A DNA stretch of 64,000 bases. Origin: Escherichia coli. GTDB lineage: Bacteria > Pseudomonadota > Gammaproteobacteria > Enterobacterales > Enterobacteriaceae. The notes below the pieces were generated by a model. The model was given only the letters and a program-made list of their open reading frames with translations. It did not search any database and was not told where the DNA came from. Location of the stretch: assembly GCF_003334335.1 (NCBI RefSeq), contig NZ_QOWQ01000025.1. One strand, given 5' to 3'. How positions within the stretch are numbered: position 1 is the first letter of the stretch; every line of letters starts with the position of its first letter. Shown here one piece after another: positions 1 to 12,844 of this stretch. Position numbers and translations under genes: made by a program.

Positions 1-59
1 ACGCGAGGCATCGTCTTAACGAGGCACCGAGGCGTCGCATTCTTCAGATGGTTCAACCC

Positions 60-206
60 TTAAGTTAGCGCTTATGGGTTTCCCCCGCCCTGGTAGTCTT
101 AGTAAGCCGGGAAGCTTATGACTAAGAGCACCACGATGATGATCCACTTCATCATGACCCTTTCCTTATTTATGGCCCCTTCCTCGGGAGGGGCTTTCCC
201 GTTTCA
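60..206 (+). ncRNA. sibB: Sib-type antisense antitoxin sRNA overlapping ibs (approximate ends)
   Basis: Plus-strand region fully antisense to the ibs ORF, ending in a GC stem (175-180 / 189-194) followed by a U-rich tract (195-205). The 5' end is not determinable from sequence. Confidence 0.4.
99..155 (-). CDS. ibsB: Ibs-family type I toxin peptide (19 aa, MMKWIIIVVLLVISFPAY)
   Basis: Manual minus-strand translation gives a 19-codon hydrophobic peptide ending FPAY, matching the Ibs toxin family. K-12 places ibs/sib copies just upstream of mdtA. Which copy (A or B) is uncertain. Confidence 0.5.
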   Translation of the reverse strand: MMKWIIIVVLLVISFPAY

Positions 207-362
207 GCGTCCCGCTGAAATCGTCGGCTTACCTCCTTTCGCCATGCAAGCAGTCTATCGCTAACGCGTAGATAAAATAGTTTCATGTGTTATTACTGGA
301 TGCGTGCTCGCAAATGTGCCCGCCATTCAGACGATTCCCGATAGTGTTTCATAATTCCTCCA

Positions 363-380
363 TTTTTCTCCCTTATTGGC
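363..380 (+). promoter_or_regulatory. BaeR-box-like site upstream of mdtA
   Basis: TTTTTCTCCCTTATTGGC differs at one position from the published BaeR consensus TTTTTCTCCATDATTGGC and lies about 55 bp upstream of the mdtA ATG. Confidence 0.55.
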
Positions 381-433
381 TGGCTACACTAGTATCATTC
401 CGCGAAACGTTTCAGGAAGAGAAACTCTTAACG

Positions 434-1681
434 ATGAAAGGCAGTTATAAATCCCGTTGGGTAATCGTAATCGTGGTGGTTATCGCCGCCATCGCCGCAT
501 TCTGGTTCTGGCAAGGCCGCAATGACTCCCAGAGTGCAGCCCCAGGGGCGACGAAACAAGCGCAGCAATCGCCAGCGGGTGGTCGCCGTGGTATGCGTTC
601 CGGCCCATTAGCCCCGGTTCAGGCGGCGACCGCCGTAGAACAGGCAGTTCCGCGTTACCTCACCGGGCTTGGCACCATTATCGCCGCTAATACTGTTACG
701 GTGCGCAGCCGCGTGGACGGTCAACTGATGGCGTTACATTTCCAGGAAGGCCAGCAGGTCAAAGCAGGCGATTTACTGGCAGAAATTGACCCCAGCCAGT
801 TCAAAGTTGCATTAGCACAAACCCAGGGCCAACTGGCAAAAGATAAAGCCACGCTTGCTAACGCCCGCCGTGATCTGGCGCGTTATCAGCAACTGGCAAA
901 AACCAATCTCGTCTCCCGTCAGGAGCTGGATGCCCAACAGGCGCTGGTCAGTGAAACCGAAGGCACCATTAAGGCTGATGAAGCAAGCGTCGCCAGCGCG
1001 CAGTTGCAACTCGACTGGAGCCGCATCACCGCACCAGTCGATGGTCGCGTTGGTCTCAAGCAGGTTGATGTTGGTAACCAAATCTCCAGTGGTGATACCA
1101 CCGGGATCGTGGTGATCACCCAGACGCATCCTATCGATTTGCTCTTTACCCTGCCGGAAAGCGATATCGCTACCGTCGTGCAGGCGCAGAAAGCCGGAAA
1201 ACCGCTGGTGGTAGAAGCCTGGGATCGCACCAACTCGAAGAAATTAAGTGAAGGCACGCTGTTAAGCCTCGATAACCAAATCGATGCCACAACCGGTACG
1301 ATTAAAGTGAAAGCACGCTTTAATAATCAGGATGATGCGCTGTTTCCCAATCAGTTTGTTAACGCGCGCATGTTAGTCGACACCGAACAAAACGCCGTAG
1401 TGATCCCATCAGCCGCCCTGCAAATGGGCAATGAAGGCCATTTTGTCTGGGTGCTGAATAGTGAAAACAAGGTCAGCAAACATCTGGTGACGCCGGGCAT
1501 TCAGGACAGTCAGAAAGTGGTGATCCGTGCAGGTATTTCTGCGGGCGATCGCGTGGTGACAGACGGCATTGATCGCCTGACCGAAGGGGCGAAAGTGGAA
1601 GTGGTGGAAGCCCAGAGCGCCACCACTCCGGAAGAGAAAGCCACCAGCCGCGAATACGCGAAAAAAGGAGCACGCTCCTGA
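434..1681 (+). CDS. mdtA: Multidrug efflux RND membrane fusion protein MdtA (415 aa)
   Basis: ORF 287..1681 trimmed to the internal ATG at 434 (MKGSYKSRW...), giving the K-12 length. Stop overlaps the mdtB start (ATGA). Confidence 0.93.
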   Translation: MKGSYKSRWVIVIVVVIAAIAAFWFWQGRNDSQSAAPGATKQAQQSPAGGRRGMRSGPLAPVQAATAVEQAVPRYLTGLGTIIAANTVTVRSRVDGQLMALHFQEGQQVKAGDLLAEIDPSQFKVALAQTQGQLAKDKATLANARRDLARYQQLAKTNLVSRQELDAQQALVSETEGTIKADEASVASAQLQLDWSRITAPVDGRVGLKQVDVGNQISSGDTTGIVVITQTHPIDLLFTLPESDIATVVQAQKAGKPLVVEAWDRTNSKKLSEGTLLSLDNQIDATTGTIKVKARFNNQDDALFPNQFVNARMLVDTEQNAVVIPSAALQMGNEGHFVWVLNSENKVSKHLVTPGIQDSQKVVIRAGISAGDRVVTDGIDRLTEGAKVEVVEAQSATTPEEKATSREYAKKGARS

Positions 1682-4600
1682 TGCAGGTGTTACCCCCGAG
1701 CAGCACAGGCGGCCCGTCGCGCCTGTTTATTATGCGTCCTGTCGCCACCACGCTGCTGATGGTGGCGATCTTACTCGCCGGGATTATCGGTTATCGCGCC
1801 CTGCCCGTTTCGGCGCTGCCGGAAGTGGACTATCCGACCATTCAGGTGGTCACGCTCTACCCAGGTGCCAGCCCGGATGTCATGACCTCTGCCGTTACCG
1901 CGCCGCTCGAACGCCAGTTCGGGCAGATGTCTGGCCTGAAACAGATGTCGTCGCAAAGTTCCGGCGGTGCGTCAGTTATCACTTTGCAGTTCCAGCTAAC
2001 ATTACCGCTCGATGTCGCCGAGCAGGAAGTGCAGGCCGCGATTAACGCTGCGACCAACTTGTTGCCGAGCGATCTGCCTAACCCGCCGGTTTACAGCAAA
2101 GTGAACCCGGCAGATCCGCCGATCATGACGCTCGCCGTCACCTCAACCGCCATGCCGATGACGCAAGTGGAAGATATGGTGGAAACCCGCGTCGCGCAGA
2201 AAATCTCGCAGATTTCCGGCGTCGGCCTGGTGACGCTTTCCGGCGGTCAGCGTCCGGCTGTTCGCGTCAAACTTAACGCTCAGGCGATTGCCGCCCTCGG
2301 CCTGACCAGCGAAACCGTGCGCACCGCCATTACCGGCGCTAACGTTAACTCGGCAAAAGGTAGCCTCGACGGCCCTTCCCGTGCGGTCACGCTTTCCGCG
2401 AACGACCAGATGCAATCCGCCGAAGAGTATCGCCAGCTAATCATCGCCTACCAGAACGGCGCGCCAATTCGTCTGGGCGATGTCGCAACTGTAGAGCAAG
2501 GTGCAGAAAACAGCTGGCTCGGCGCGTGGGCGAACAAAGAACAGGCCATTGTGATGAATGTTCAGCGCCAGCCCGGTGCTAACATTATCTCCACCGCCGA
2601 CAGCATTCGGCAGATGCTGCCACAGCTCACTGAGAGTCTGCCGAAATCGGTGAAGGTGACAGTGCTTTCCGATCGCACCACCAATATCCGCGCATCCGTC
2701 GATGATACTCAGTTTGAATTGATGATGGCTATCGCGCTGGTAGTCATGATTATCTACCTGTTTTTGCGCAATATTCCGGCGACCATCATTCCCGGTGTTG
2801 CCGTGCCGCTGTCATTAATCGGCACTTTTGCGGTTATGGTGTTTCTCGATTTTTCAATCAATAACCTGACACTGATGGCGTTAACTATCGCCACCGGATT
2901 CGTGGTCGATGACGCCATCGTGGTGATCGAAAACATTTCCCGCTATATCGAAAAAGGCGAAAAACCGTTGGCGGCGGCGCTCAAGGGCGCAGGTGAAATC
3001 GGCTTTACCATTATCTCGCTGACCTTCTCACTGATTGCGGTGTTGATCCCACTGCTGTTTATGGGCGATATCGTCGGGCGACTGTTCCGCGAATTTGCTA
3101 TTACCCTGGCGGTAGCGATTTTGATCTCAGCGGTGGTGTCGCTGACCCTGACACCGATGATGTGCGCGCGGATGCTCAGCCAGGAGTCGCTGCGTAAACA
3201 GAACCGATTCTCCCGTGCCTCGGAAAAAATGTTCGACAGGATAATCGCCGCCTATGGTCGTGGACTGGCGAAGGTGCTGAATCATCCGTGGCTGACCTTA
3301 AGCGTGGCGCTCAGCACGCTGCTGCTTAGCGTTCTCTTATGGGTGTTCATTCCGAAAGGTTTCTTCCCGGTACAGGACAACGGCATTATTCAGGGCACTT
3401 TGCAGGCACCGCAATCCAGCTCCTTTGCCAATATGGCCCAGCGACAACGCCAGGTCGCGGACGTGATTTTGCAGGATCCGGCGGTGCAAAGCCTGACCTC
3501 ATTTGTTGGCGTTGATGGCACTAACCCGTCGCTGAACAGTGCGCGTTTGCAGATCAACCTCAAACCGTTGGATGAACGTGATGATCGGGTGCAAAAAGTC
3601 ATCGCCCGTCTGCAAACGGCGGTAGATAAAGTGCCGGGCGTCGATCTCTTCCTGCAACCAACGCAGGACCTGACCATCGATACTCAGGTCAGCCGCACCC
3701 AGTACCAGTTTACCTTGCAGGCCACGTCACTGGATGCGCTCAGTACTTGGGTGCCACAGTTGATGGAAAAACTCCAGCAACTGCCACAGCTTTCTGATGT
3801 CTCCAGCGACTGGCAGGACAAAGGGCTGGTGGCGTATGTCAATGTTGATCGCGACAGCGCCAGCCGTCTGGGGATCAGCATGGCGGATGTCGATAACGCC
3901 CTGTACAACGCGTTTGGTCAGCGACTGATTTCCACTATTTATACTCAGGCTAACCAGTATCGCGTAGTGCTGGAGCACAACACCGAAATTACCCCGGGCC
4001 TCGCGGCGCTGGATACCATTCGCCTGACCAGTAGCGACGGCGGCGTGGTGCCGTTAAGCTCAATTGCCAAAGTTGAACAGCGTTTTGCGCCGCTTTCCAT
4101 CAACCATCTGGATCAGTTCCCGGTAACGACCATCTCCTTTAACGTGCCGGATAACTATTCGCTGGGCGATGCGGTGCAGGCGATTATGGACACCGAAAAG
4201 ACGCTGAATCTGCCGGTGGATATCACCACGCAATTTCAGGGCAGCACCCTCGCCTTCCAGTCGGCGCTGGGCAGCACTGTCTGGCTGATTGTCGCGGCGG
4301 TGGTGGCGATGTATATCGTGCTCGGCATTCTGTACGAGAGCTTTATTCACCCGATCACCATTCTCTCGACGCTACCCACCGCAGGGGTCGGCGCGCTGCT
4401 GGCATTAATGATTGCCGGTAGCGAACTGGATGTGATTGCGATTATCGGCATTATTTTGCTGATCGGTATTGTGAAGAAGAACGCCATCATGATGATCGAC
4501 TTCGCGCTGGCTGCTGAGCGCGAGCAAGGCATGTCGCCGCGCGATGCAATCTACCAGGCTTGTCTGTTGCGTTTTCGTCCGATCCTGATGACCACCCTGG

Positions 4601-4803
4601 CGGCTCTGCTTGGCGCGCTGCCGCTGATGTTGAGTACCGGGGTCGGCGCGGAACTGCGTCGTCCGTTAGGTATCGGCATGGTCGGCGGTCTGATTGTCAG
4701 CCAGGTGCTGACGCTGTTCACCACGCCGGTGATTTATCTGCTGTTCGACCGCCTGGCATTGTGGACCAAAAGTCGCTTTGCTCGCCATGAAGAGGAGGCG
4801 TAA
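1681..4803 (+). CDS. mdtB: RND efflux transporter MdtB (1040 aa)
   Basis: 1040-aa ORF with the typical RND/AcrB-family layout; the protein is recognisable as MdtB. Confidence 0.95.
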   Translation: MQVLPPSSTGGPSRLFIMRPVATTLLMVAILLAGIIGYRALPVSALPEVDYPTIQVVTLYPGASPDVMTSAVTAPLERQFGQMSGLKQMSSQSSGGASVITLQFQLTLPLDVAEQEVQAAINAATNLLPSDLPNPPVYSKVNPADPPIMTLAVTSTAMPMTQVEDMVETRVAQKISQISGVGLVTLSGGQRPAVRVKLNAQAIAALGLTSETVRTAITGANVNSAKGSLDGPSRAVTLSANDQMQSAEEYRQLIIAYQNGAPIRLGDVATVEQGAENSWLGAWANKEQAIVMNVQRQPGANIISTADSIRQMLPQLTESLPKSVKVTVLSDRTTNIRASVDDTQFELMMAIALVVMIIYLFLRNIPATIIPGVAVPLSLIGTFAVMVFLDFSINNLTLMALTIATGFVVDDAIVVIENISRYIEKGEKPLAAALKGAGEIGFTIISLTFSLIAVLIPLLFMGDIVGRLFREFAITLAVAILISAVVSLTLTPMMCARMLSQESLRKQNRFSRASEKMFDRIIAAYGRGLAKVLNHPWLTLSVALSTLLLSVLLWVFIPKGFFPVQDNGIIQGTLQAPQSSSFANMAQRQRQVADVILQDPAVQSLTSFVGVDGTNPSLNSARLQINLKPLDERDDRVQKVIARLQTAVDKVPGVDLFLQPTQDLTIDTQVSRTQYQFTLQATSLDALSTWVPQLMEKLQQLPQLSDVSSDWQDKGLVAYVNVDRDSASRLGISMADVDNALYNAFGQRLISTIYTQANQYRVVLEHNTEITPGLAALDTIRLTSSDGGVVPLSSIAKVEQRFAPLSINHLDQFPVTTISFNVPDNYSLGDAVQAIMDTEKTLNLPVDITTQFQGSTLAFQSALGSTVWLIVAAVVAMYIVLGILYESFIHPITILSTLPTAGVGALLALMIAGSELDVIAIIGIILLIGIVKKNAIMMIDFALAAEREQGMSPRDAIYQACLLRFRPILMTTLAALLGALPLMLSTGVGAELRRPLGIGMVGGLIVSQVLTLFTTPVIYLLFDRLALWTKSRFARHEEEA

Positions 4804-7800
4804 GTGAAGTTTTTTGCCCTCTTCATTTACCGCCCGGTGGCGACGATTTTACTGTCGGTCGCCATTACCCTGTGCGGCATACTGGGCTTCCGTATGCTGC
4901 CGGTCGCCCCGCTGCCGCAGGTCGATTTTCCGGTGATTATGGTCAGCGCCTCGCTGCCCGGTGCGTCACCAGAAACAATGGCGTCTTCCGTTGCCACGCC
5001 GCTGGAGCGCTCACTTGGGCGCATTGCCGGAGTCAGTGAAATGACCTCCAGCAGTTCGCTCGGCAGCACGCGTATTATTTTGCAGTTTGATTTTGACCGG
5101 GATATCAACGGCGCGGCGCGCGATGTGCAGGCGGCGATCAACGCTGCACAAAGTTTGCTGCCCAGCGGGATGCCCAGCCGTCCGACCTATCGCAAAGCTA
5201 ACCCGTCGGATGCGCCAATTATGATCCTCACGCTGACATCCGATACTTATTCGCAGGGTGAACTGTACGATTTTGCCTCGACGCAGCTGGCTCCGACGAT
5301 TTCGCAAATCGACGGTGTCGGTGATGTCGATGTTGGCGGCAGCTCGCTGCCCGCCGTACGCGTCGGGCTGAATCCGCAGGCGCTGTTTAATCAGGGCGTC
5401 TCGCTGGACGACGTACGCACCGCCATCAGCAATGCCAACGTGCGTAAACCGCAGGGGGCGCTGGAAGATGGCACTCACCGCTGGCAGATCCAGACCAATG
5501 ATGAGCTAAAAACCGCCGCCGAATATCAGCCGTTGATTATTCATTACAACAACGGCGGCGCGGTTCGTCTGGGCGATGTGGCGACGGTGACCGACTCGGT
5601 GCAGGATGTGCGCAACGCCGGGATGACCAACGCCAAACCGGCTATTTTGCTGATGATCCGCAAGCTGCCGGAAGCCAATATTATCCAGACGGTAGACAGC
5701 ATCCGGGCAAAATTACCGGAGTTGCAGGAAACCATTCCGGCGGCGATTGATCTGCAAATTGCTCAGGATCGCTCCCCCACCATTCGCGCCTCGCTGGAAG
5801 AAGTCGAGCAAACGCTGATTATCTCGGTGGCGCTGGTGATTCTGGTGGTGTTTTTATTCCTGCGCTCGGGTCGCGCCACTATTATTCCCGCCGTTGCGGT
5901 GCCGGTTTCGCTGATTGGTACGTTTGCGGCGATGTACCTGTGCGGATTCAGTCTCAATAACCTTTCGTTAATGGCGCTCACCATCGCTACTGGTTTCGTG
6001 GTGGATGACGCCATCGTGGTGCTGGAAAACATTGCCCGTCATCTGGAAGCGGGGATGAAACCGCTACAGGCCGCGCTACAAGGTACTCGCGAAGTCGGCT
6101 TTACGGTGCTGTCGATGAGTCTGTCACTGGTGGCGGTGTTCCTGCCGCTGCTGTTGATGGGCGGATTGCCGGGCCGACTGTTACGCGAATTTGCCGTGAC
6201 GCTTTCTGTCGCCATTGTTATATCGTTGCTGGTTTCTCTGACATTAACGCCAATGATGTGTGGCTGGATGCTGAAAGCCAGCAAGCCGCGTGAGCAAAAG
6301 CGACTGCGTGGTTTTGGCCGCATGTTGGTAGCCCTGCAACAAGGCTACGGCAAGTCGCTGAAATGGGTGCTCAATCATACCCGTCTGGTGGGTGTGGTGC
6401 TGCTTGGCACCATTGCGCTGAATATCTGGCTGTATATCTCGATCCCGAAAACCTTCTTCCCGGAGCAGGACACCGGCGTGCTGATGGGCGGGATACAGGC
6501 GGATCAGAGCATTTCGTTTCAGGCGATGCGCGGCAAATTGCAGGATTTCATGAAAATTATCCGTGACGATCCGGCAGTGGATAATGTCACCGGCTTTACC
6601 GGCGGTTCACGAGTTAACAGTGGGATGATGTTTATCACCCTCAAGCCACGCGACGAACGCAGCGAAACGGCGCAGCAAATTATCGACCGTCTGCGCGTAA
6701 AACTGGCGAAAGAACCGGGGGCGAATCTGTTCCTGATGGCGGTACAGGATATTCGCGTTGGTGGGCGTCAGTCGAACGCCAGCTACCAGTACACGTTGTT
6801 ATCCGACGACCTGGCGGCACTGCGAGAATGGGAGCCGAAAATCCGCAAAAAACTGGCGACGTTGCCGGAACTGGCGGACGTGAACTCCGATCAGCAGGAT
6901 AACGGCGCGGAGATGAATCTGGTTTACGACCGCGACACCATGGCACGGCTGGGAATCGACGTACAAGCCGCCAACAGTCTGTTAAATAACGCCTTCGGTC
7001 AGCGGCAAATCTCGACCATTTACCAGCCGATGAACCAGTATAAAGTGGTGATGGAAGTGGATCCGCGCTATACCCAGGACATCAGTGCGCTGGAAAAAAT
7101 GTTCGTTATCAATAACGAAGGCAAAGCGATCCCGCTGTCGTATTTCGCTAAATGGCAACCGGCGAATGCCCCACTATCGGTGAATCATCAGGGATTATCG
7201 GCGGCCTCGACCATTTCGTTTAACCTGCCGACCGGAAAATCGCTCTCGGACGCCAGTGCGGCGATCGATCGCGCAATGACCCAGCTTGGGGTGCCTTCGA
7301 CGGTGCGCGGCAGTTTTGCCGGCACGGCGCAGGTGTTCCAGGAGACGATGAACTCGCAGGTGATCCTGATTATCGCCGCCATCGCCACGGTGTATATCGT
7401 GCTGGGTATCCTTTACGAGAGTTACGTACATCCGCTGACGATTCTCTCCACCCTGCCCTCGGCGGGCGTTGGAGCGCTGTTGGCGCTGGAGCTGTTCAAT
7501 GCCCCGTTCAGCCTAATCGCCCTGATAGGGATCATGCTATTAATCGGCATCGTGAAGAAAAACGCCATTATGATGGTCGATTTTGCGCTTGAAGCCCAAC
7601 GGCACGGTAACCTGACGCCGCAGGAAGCTATTTTCCAGGCCTGTCTGCTGCGTTTTCGCCCGATTATGATGACCACCCTGGCGGCGCTGTTTGGTGCGCT
7701 GCCGCTGGTATTGTCGGGCGGCGACGGCTCGGAGCTGCGGCAACCCCTGGGGATCACCATTGTCGGCGGACTGGTAATGAGCCAGCTCCTTACGCTGTAT

Positions 7801-7881
7801 ACCACGCCGGTGGTGTATCTCTTTTTCGACCGTCTGCGGCTGCGTTTTTCGCGTAAACCTAAACAAACGGTAACCGAGTAA
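4804..7881 (+). CDS. mdtC: RND efflux transporter MdtC (1025 aa)
   Basis: 1025-aa RND paralogue starting at GTG immediately after the mdtB stop. Confidence 0.95.
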   Translation: MKFFALFIYRPVATILLSVAITLCGILGFRMLPVAPLPQVDFPVIMVSASLPGASPETMASSVATPLERSLGRIAGVSEMTSSSSLGSTRIILQFDFDRDINGAARDVQAAINAAQSLLPSGMPSRPTYRKANPSDAPIMILTLTSDTYSQGELYDFASTQLAPTISQIDGVGDVDVGGSSLPAVRVGLNPQALFNQGVSLDDVRTAISNANVRKPQGALEDGTHRWQIQTNDELKTAAEYQPLIIHYNNGGAVRLGDVATVTDSVQDVRNAGMTNAKPAILLMIRKLPEANIIQTVDSIRAKLPELQETIPAAIDLQIAQDRSPTIRASLEEVEQTLIISVALVILVVFLFLRSGRATIIPAVAVPVSLIGTFAAMYLCGFSLNNLSLMALTIATGFVVDDAIVVLENIARHLEAGMKPLQAALQGTREVGFTVLSMSLSLVAVFLPLLLMGGLPGRLLREFAVTLSVAIVISLLVSLTLTPMMCGWMLKASKPREQKRLRGFGRMLVALQQGYGKSLKWVLNHTRLVGVVLLGTIALNIWLYISIPKTFFPEQDTGVLMGGIQADQSISFQAMRGKLQDFMKIIRDDPAVDNVTGFTGGSRVNSGMMFITLKPRDERSETAQQIIDRLRVKLAKEPGANLFLMAVQDIRVGGRQSNASYQYTLLSDDLAALREWEPKIRKKLATLPELADVNSDQQDNGAEMNLVYDRDTMARLGIDVQAANSLLNNAFGQRQISTIYQPMNQYKVVMEVDPRYTQDISALEKMFVINNEGKAIPLSYFAKWQPANAPLSVNHQGLSAASTISFNLPTGKSLSDASAAIDRAMTQLGVPSTVRGSFAGTAQVFQETMNSQVILIIAAIATVYIVLGILYESYVHPLTILSTLPSAGVGALLALELFNAPFSLIALIGIMLLIGIVKKNAIMMVDFALEAQRHGNLTPQEAIFQACLLRFRPIMMTTLAALFGALPLVLSGGDGSELRQPLGITIVGGLVMSQLLTLYTTPVVYLFFDRLRLRFSRKPKQTVTE

Positions 7882-9297
7882 ATGACAGATCTTCCCGACA
7901 GCACCCGTTGGCAATTGTGGATTGTGGCTTTCGGCTTCTTTATGCAGTCGCTGGACACCACCATCGTAAACACCGCCCTTCCCTCAATGGCGCAAAGCCT
8001 CGGGGAAAGTCCGTTGCATATGCACATGGTCATTGTCTCTTATGTGCTGACCGTGGCGGTGATGCTGCCCGCCAGCGGCTGGCTGGCGGACAAAGTCGGC
8101 GTGCGCAATATTTTCTTTACCGCCATCGTGCTGTTTACTCTCGGTTCACTGTTTTGCGCGCTTTCCGGCACGCTGAACGAACTGTTGCTGGCACGCGCGT
8201 TACAGGGCGTTGGCGGCGCGATGATGGTGCCGGTCGGCAGATTGACGGTGATGAAAATCGTACCGCGCGAGCAATATATGGCGGCGATGACCTTTGTCAC
8301 GTTACCCGGTCAGGTCGGTCCGCTGCTCGGTCCGGCGCTCGGCGGTCTGCTGGTGGAGTACGCGTCGTGGCACTGGATCTTTTTGATCAACATTCCGGTG
8401 GGGATTATCGGTGCGATCGCCACATTGATGTTAATGCCGAACTACACCATGCAGACGCGGCGCTTTGATCTTTCCGGCTTTTTATTGCTGGCGGTTGGCA
8501 TGGCGGTATTAACCCTGGCGCTGGACGGCAGTAAAGGTACAGGTTTATCGCCGCTGGCGATTGCTGGCCTGGTCGCAGTTGGCGTGGTGGCACTGGTGCT
8601 TTATCTGCTGCACGCCAGAAATAACAACCGCGCCCTGTTCAGTCTGAAACTGTTCCGCACTCGTACCTTTTCGCTGGGCCTGGCGGGGAGCTTTGCCGGA
8701 CGTATTGGCAGTGGCATGTTGCCCTTTATGACACCGGTTTTCCTGCAAATTGGCCTCGGTTTCTCGCCGTTTCATGCCGGACTGATGATGATCCCGATGG
8801 TGCTTGGCAGCATGGGAATGAAGCGAATTGTGGTTCAGGTGGTGAATCGCTTTGGTTATCGTCGGGTACTGGTAGCGACCACGCTGGGTCTGTCGCTGGT
8901 CACCCTGTTGTTTATGACTACCGCTCTGTTGGGCTGGTACTACGTTTTGCCGTTCGTCCTGTTTTTACAAGGAATGGTCAACTCAACGCGTTTCTCCTCC
9001 ATGAACACCCTGACGCTGAAAGATCTCCCGGACAATCTGGCGAGCAGCGGAAACAGCCTGCTGTCGATGATTATGCAATTGTCGATGAGTATCGGCGTCA
9101 CCATCGCCGGGCTGTTGCTGGGACTTTTTGGTTCGCAGCATGTCAGCGTCGACAGCGGCACCACACAAACCGTCTTTATGTACACCTGGCTTAGCATGGC
9201 GTTGATCATCGCCCTTCCGGCGTTCATCTTTGCCAGAGTGCCGAACGATACGCATCAAAATGTAGCTATTTCGCGGCGAAAAAGGAGCGCGCAATGA
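7882..9297 (+). CDS. mdtD: MFS transporter MdtD (471 aa)
   Basis: 471-aa multi-TM protein directly after mdtC; its stop overlaps the baeS start. Confidence 0.93.
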   Translation: MTDLPDSTRWQLWIVAFGFFMQSLDTTIVNTALPSMAQSLGESPLHMHMVIVSYVLTVAVMLPASGWLADKVGVRNIFFTAIVLFTLGSLFCALSGTLNELLLARALQGVGGAMMVPVGRLTVMKIVPREQYMAAMTFVTLPGQVGPLLGPALGGLLVEYASWHWIFLINIPVGIIGAIATLMLMPNYTMQTRRFDLSGFLLLAVGMAVLTLALDGSKGTGLSPLAIAGLVAVGVVALVLYLLHARNNNRALFSLKLFRTRTFSLGLAGSFAGRIGSGMLPFMTPVFLQIGLGFSPFHAGLMMIPMVLGSMGMKRIVVQVVNRFGYRRVLVATTLGLSLVTLLFMTTALLGWYYVLPFVLFLQGMVNSTRFSSMNTLTLKDLPDNLASSGNSLLSMIMQLSMSIGVTIAGLLLGLFGSQHVSVDSGTTQTVFMYTWLSMALIIALPAFIFARVPNDTHQNVAISRRKRSAQ

Positions 9298-10697
9298 AGT
9301 TCTGGCGACCCGGTATTACCGGCAAACTGTTTCTGGCGATTTTCGCCACCTGCATTGTCTTGCTGATCAGTATGCACTGGGCGGTGCGTATCAGTTTTGA
9401 GCGTGGCTTTATTGATTACATCAAGCATGGTAATGAACAACGATTACAACTGTTAAGTGATGCGCTTGGCGAGCAGTATGCGCAGCATGGCAACTGGCGC
9501 TTCCTGCGCAACAATGATCGCTTTGTCTTTCAGATCCTGCGTTCATTTGAACACGATAATTCGGAAGATAAACCCGGCCCGGGTATGCCACCGCACGGCT
9601 GGCGTACCCAGTTCTGGGTGGTTGATCAAAACAACAAAGTGCTGGTTGGTCCGCGAGCGCCGATTCCACCTGACGGTACACGGCGACCCATTCTGGTCAA
9701 CGGTGCGGAAGTTGGCGCGGTGATCGCCTCCCCCGTTGAGCGGTTAACGCGCAATACTGATATCAATTTCGATAAACAACAGCGGCAAACCAGCTGGCTG
9801 ATCGTCGCCCTGGCAACGTTACTCGCGGCGCTCGCCACCTTTCTGCTGGCGCGCGGTTTGCTGGCACCGGTAAAACGACTTGTCGATGGCACGCACAAAC
9901 TGGCGGCGGGCGATTTCACTACCCGCGTAACGCCCACCAGTGAAGATGAACTGGGCAAACTGGCGCAAGACTTCAACCAGCTTGCCAGCACGCTGGAGAA
10001 AAACCAGCAAATGCGGCGCGATTTTATGGCCGATATTTCACACGAACTGCGTACGCCATTAGCGGTGCTGCGCGGTGAACTGGAAGCCATTCAAGATGGC
10101 GTGCGCAAATTCACGCCGGAGACGGTGGCGTCTTTACAGGCGGAAGTCGGTACACTGACTAAACTGGTTGACGATCTTCATCAGTTGTCGATGTCTGATG
10201 AAGGCGCTCTCGCCTATCAAAAAGCACCGGTAGATTTGATCCCACTGCTGGAAGTGGCGGGCGGCGCATTTCGCGAACGATTTGCCAGCCGTGGCCTGAA
10301 ACTGCAGTTTTCCCTGCCAGACAGTATTACCGTATTTGGCGATCGCGACCGTTTAATGCAGTTATTCAATAACTTACTCGAAAACAGCCTGCGCTACACT
10401 GATAGCGGCGGCAGCCTGAAAATCTCTGCCGAGCAGCACGACAAAACGGTGCGCCTGACCTTTGCCGACAGTGCGCCAGGTGTCAGTGACGAGCAGCTAC
10501 AAAAATTATTTGAACGTTTTTATCGCACCGAAGGTTCCCGCAACCGCGCCAGCGGTGGTTCCGGGCTGGGGCTGGCGATTTGCCTGAACATTGTTGAAGC
10601 ACATAATGGCCGCATTATTGCTGCCCATTCGCCTTTTGGCGGGGTAAGCATTACAGTAGAGTTACCGCTGGAACGGGATTTACAGAGAGAAGTATGA
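9294..10697 (+). CDS. baeS: Envelope-stress sensor histidine kinase BaeS (467 aa)
   Basis: HisKA motif (ISHELRTPL) and HATPase region are visible; overlaps mdtD and baeR by 4 bp. Confidence 0.95.
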   Translation: MKFWRPGITGKLFLAIFATCIVLLISMHWAVRISFERGFIDYIKHGNEQRLQLLSDALGEQYAQHGNWRFLRNNDRFVFQILRSFEHDNSEDKPGPGMPPHGWRTQFWVVDQNNKVLVGPRAPIPPDGTRRPILVNGAEVGAVIASPVERLTRNTDINFDKQQRQTSWLIVALATLLAALATFLLARGLLAPVKRLVDGTHKLAAGDFTTRVTPTSEDELGKLAQDFNQLASTLEKNQQMRRDFMADISHELRTPLAVLRGELEAIQDGVRKFTPETVASLQAEVGTLTKLVDDLHQLSMSDEGALAYQKAPVDLIPLLEVAGGAFRERFASRGLKLQFSLPDSITVFGDRDRLMQLFNNLLENSLRYTDSGGSLKISAEQHDKTVRLTFADSAPGVSDEQLQKLFERFYRTEGSRNRASGGSGLGLAICLNIVEAHNGRIIAAHSPFGGVSITVELPLERDLQREV

Positions 10698-11416
10698 CCG
10701 AGTTACCAATCGACGAAAACACACCGCGTATTTTGATCGTGGAAGATGAACCGAAGCTGGGGCAGTTGCTCATTGATTATCTGCGTGCTGCGAGCTATGC
10801 GCCGACGCTTATCAGCCACGGCGATCAGGTACTGCCGTATGTGCGCCAGACACCACCGGATCTGATCCTGTTAGATCTGATGCTCCCTGGCACCGATGGC
10901 CTGACGCTGTGCCGGGAAATTCGTCGTTTTTCTGACATTCCGATCGTGATGGTGACGGCAAAAATCGAAGAGATCGATCGCCTGCTGGGGCTGGAGATTG
11001 GCGCAGATGATTATATCTGTAAGCCGTACAGCCCACGGGAAGTGGTAGCGCGCGTCAAAACCATTTTGCGCCGTTGCAAACCGCAGCGCGAGTTGCAGCA
11101 ACAGGATGCTGAAAGCCCGTTGATTATCGACGAAGGTCGTTTTCAGGCTTCATGGCGCGGTAAAATGCTTGACCTGACGCCTGCGGAATTTCGTCTGCTG
11201 AAAACGCTCTCTCATGAACCAGGAAAAGTGTTCTCCCGCGAGCATTTGCTCAATCATCTTTATGACGACTACCGCGTAGTAACCGACCGCACCATCGACA
11301 GCCACATTAAAAACCTGCGCCGCAAGCTGGAATCTCTCGACGCCGAACAGTCATTTATCCGCGCCGTTTACGGCGTTGGTTACCGCTGGGAAGCCGACGC
11401 CTGCCGCATCGTTTAG
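10694..11416 (+). CDS. baeR: OmpR-family response regulator BaeR (240 aa)
   Basis: Receiver domain (LIVEDEP...[11 protein letters not shown]) followed by a winged-helix C-terminus. Confidence 0.95.
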   Translation: MTELPIDENTPRILIVEDEPKLGQLLIDYLRAASYAPTLISHGDQVLPYVRQTPPDLILLDLMLPGTDGLTLCREIRRFSDIPIVMVTAKIEEIDRLLGLEIGADDYICKPYSPREVVARVKTILRRCKPQRELQQQDAESPLIIDEGRFQASWRGKMLDLTPAEFRLLKTLSHEPGKVFSREHLLNHLYDDYRVVTDRTIDSHIKNLRRKLESLDAEQSFIRAVYGVGYRWEADACRIV

Positions 11417-11606
11417 TTTTAGCGACATGACTTTGTTAGCCGGAGATGGCGTTCAGACCAGATCCGGCAACATTATCCCACGCATGGTCAGCAAACTGAC
11501 ATTATCTCTCCGCCCTGGCAGGCATCAGAAAATCGCTCATACTTTAATCGGTAAACAGCACCTTTAGATGCTGTTTTCGATACGCAATTTCAATCAAGGA
11601 GTCATT

Positions 11607-11939
11607 ATGGCTGGTTGGTTTGAACTCAGTAAGAGCAGTGATAATCAGTTCCGGTTTGTGCTAAAAGCGGGCAATGGTGAGACTATCCTCACCAGCGAGC
11701 TGTATACCTCAAAAGCCTCTGCGGAAAAGGGCATCGCGTCGGTGCGTAGCAACAGCCCGCAAGAAGAACGCTATGAGAAAAAAACGGCAAGTAACGGCAA
11801 ATTCTATTTCAATCTGAAAGCCGCTAATCATCAAATTATCGGCTCCAGCCAGATGTACGCCACCGCGCAATCTCGTGAAACCGGAATTGCCTCCGTTAAA
11901 GCCAATGGCACAAGCCAGACGGTGAAAGACAATACGTAA
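11607..11939 (+). CDS. yegP: UPF0339 family protein YegP (110 aa)
   Basis: ORF 11568..11939 trimmed to the ATG at 11607 (MAGWFELSKSS...), preceded by AGGAG at 11596..11600. Confidence 0.85.
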   Translation: MAGWFELSKSSDNQFRFVLKAGNGETILTSELYTSKASAEKGIASVRSNSPQEERYEKKTASNGKFYFNLKAANHQIIGSSQMYATAQSRETGIASVKANGTSQTVKDNT

Positions 11940-12192
11940 TTACGATGCCGGGCGTGGGTTGTTGGCGTCCGGCTTTATATCCAAATAACGCTTAGTTATT
12001 AATAATTAAGAGTAACCGCCGCCATTAAAATAGTGGGCACTGACGAGCACTCGTTGTGCTTTCTTTGTTTACCATCCCATACTTATCCTCCTGAACATGT
12101 TCATGTGCCAAAATATCTTCTAATACTTTCGTGACGCTATCCGGTTTATGACATACACTGATGTAAGATTTTTACTTACAGGCGGGCGTAAA

Positions 12193-12444
12193 ATGGCCAG
12201 AACGATGACGGTTGATCTCGGCGATGAGTTGCGTGAATTTATCGAGTCCTTAATTGAATCCGGCGACTATCGCACCCAAAGCGAAGTGATCCGTGAGTCA
12301 CTGCGATTACTTCGAGAAAAGCAAGCAGAGTCTCGCCTGCAAGCGTTACGTGACATGCTCGCAGAAGGGTTGAGTAGTGGTGAAGCTCAGCCGTGGGAAA
12401 AGGACGCGTTCTTACGGAAGGTGAAAGCAGGGATAAGGAAATAA
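12193..12444 (+). CDS. ParD-like (RHH) type II antitoxin
   Basis: MARTMTVDLGDELREFIESLIESGDYRTQSEVIRESLRLL is a typical ParD antitoxin N-terminus. The start could instead be the ATG at 12148. Confidence 0.7.
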   Translation: MARTMTVDLGDELREFIESLIESGDYRTQSEVIRESLRLLREKQAESRLQALRDMLAEGLSSGEAQPWEKDAFLRKVKAGIRK

Positions 12445-12445
12445 T

Positions 12446-12742
12446 GTGCGTATTATTAAACTCATGCCAAAAGCCAATGAGGATTTAGAAGGCATCTGGT
12501 ATTACAGCTATCACCATTTCGGCGAACCACAAGCCGACAGATATGTGGAACATCTTTCAGACGTTCTCCAGATTCTGAGTAACAATAATATAGGTACGCC
12601 CAGACCTGAATTAGGCGAAGGTATTTTTGTTCTTCCTTTTGAACGCCACGTCATTTATTTCCTGCAATCACCAGGGGAAATTATCGTCATTCGTATCCTT
12701 AACCAAAACCAGGACGCCACCAGACATTTACACTGGAGCTAA
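12446..12742 (+). CDS. ParE/RelE-family type II toxin (98 aa)
   Basis: 98-aa ORF with a GTG start 1 nt after the ParD stop, giving toxin-antitoxin operon architecture; size and composition fit ParE. Confidence 0.65.
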   Translation: MRIIKLMPKANEDLEGIWYYSYHHFGEPQADRYVEHLSDVLQILSNNNIGTPRPELGEGIFVLPFERHVIYFLQSPGEIIVIRILNQNQDATRHLHWS

Positions 12743-12844
12743 ACCCGCCGATTGCGCTACAATGCCCGCCCTTAAAGTGGGGGCACTCCCCTAACCGCTT
12801 CATCAGGTGAAGCGGATCTGACCTGTCATCAGAACGAGAGAATT

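Noticed and set aside
812-1751. Antisense and alternative-frame ORFs inside mdtA (812..1129 -, 855..1115 +, 919..1290 -, 1473..1751 -)
   Set aside because: They lie wholly inside a well-supported conserved gene; they are GC-rich open frames with no RBS or start context.
7422-8033. 203-aa ORF on the minus strand spanning the mdtC/mdtD junction
   Set aside because: Antisense to two tightly coupled efflux genes; no independent support.
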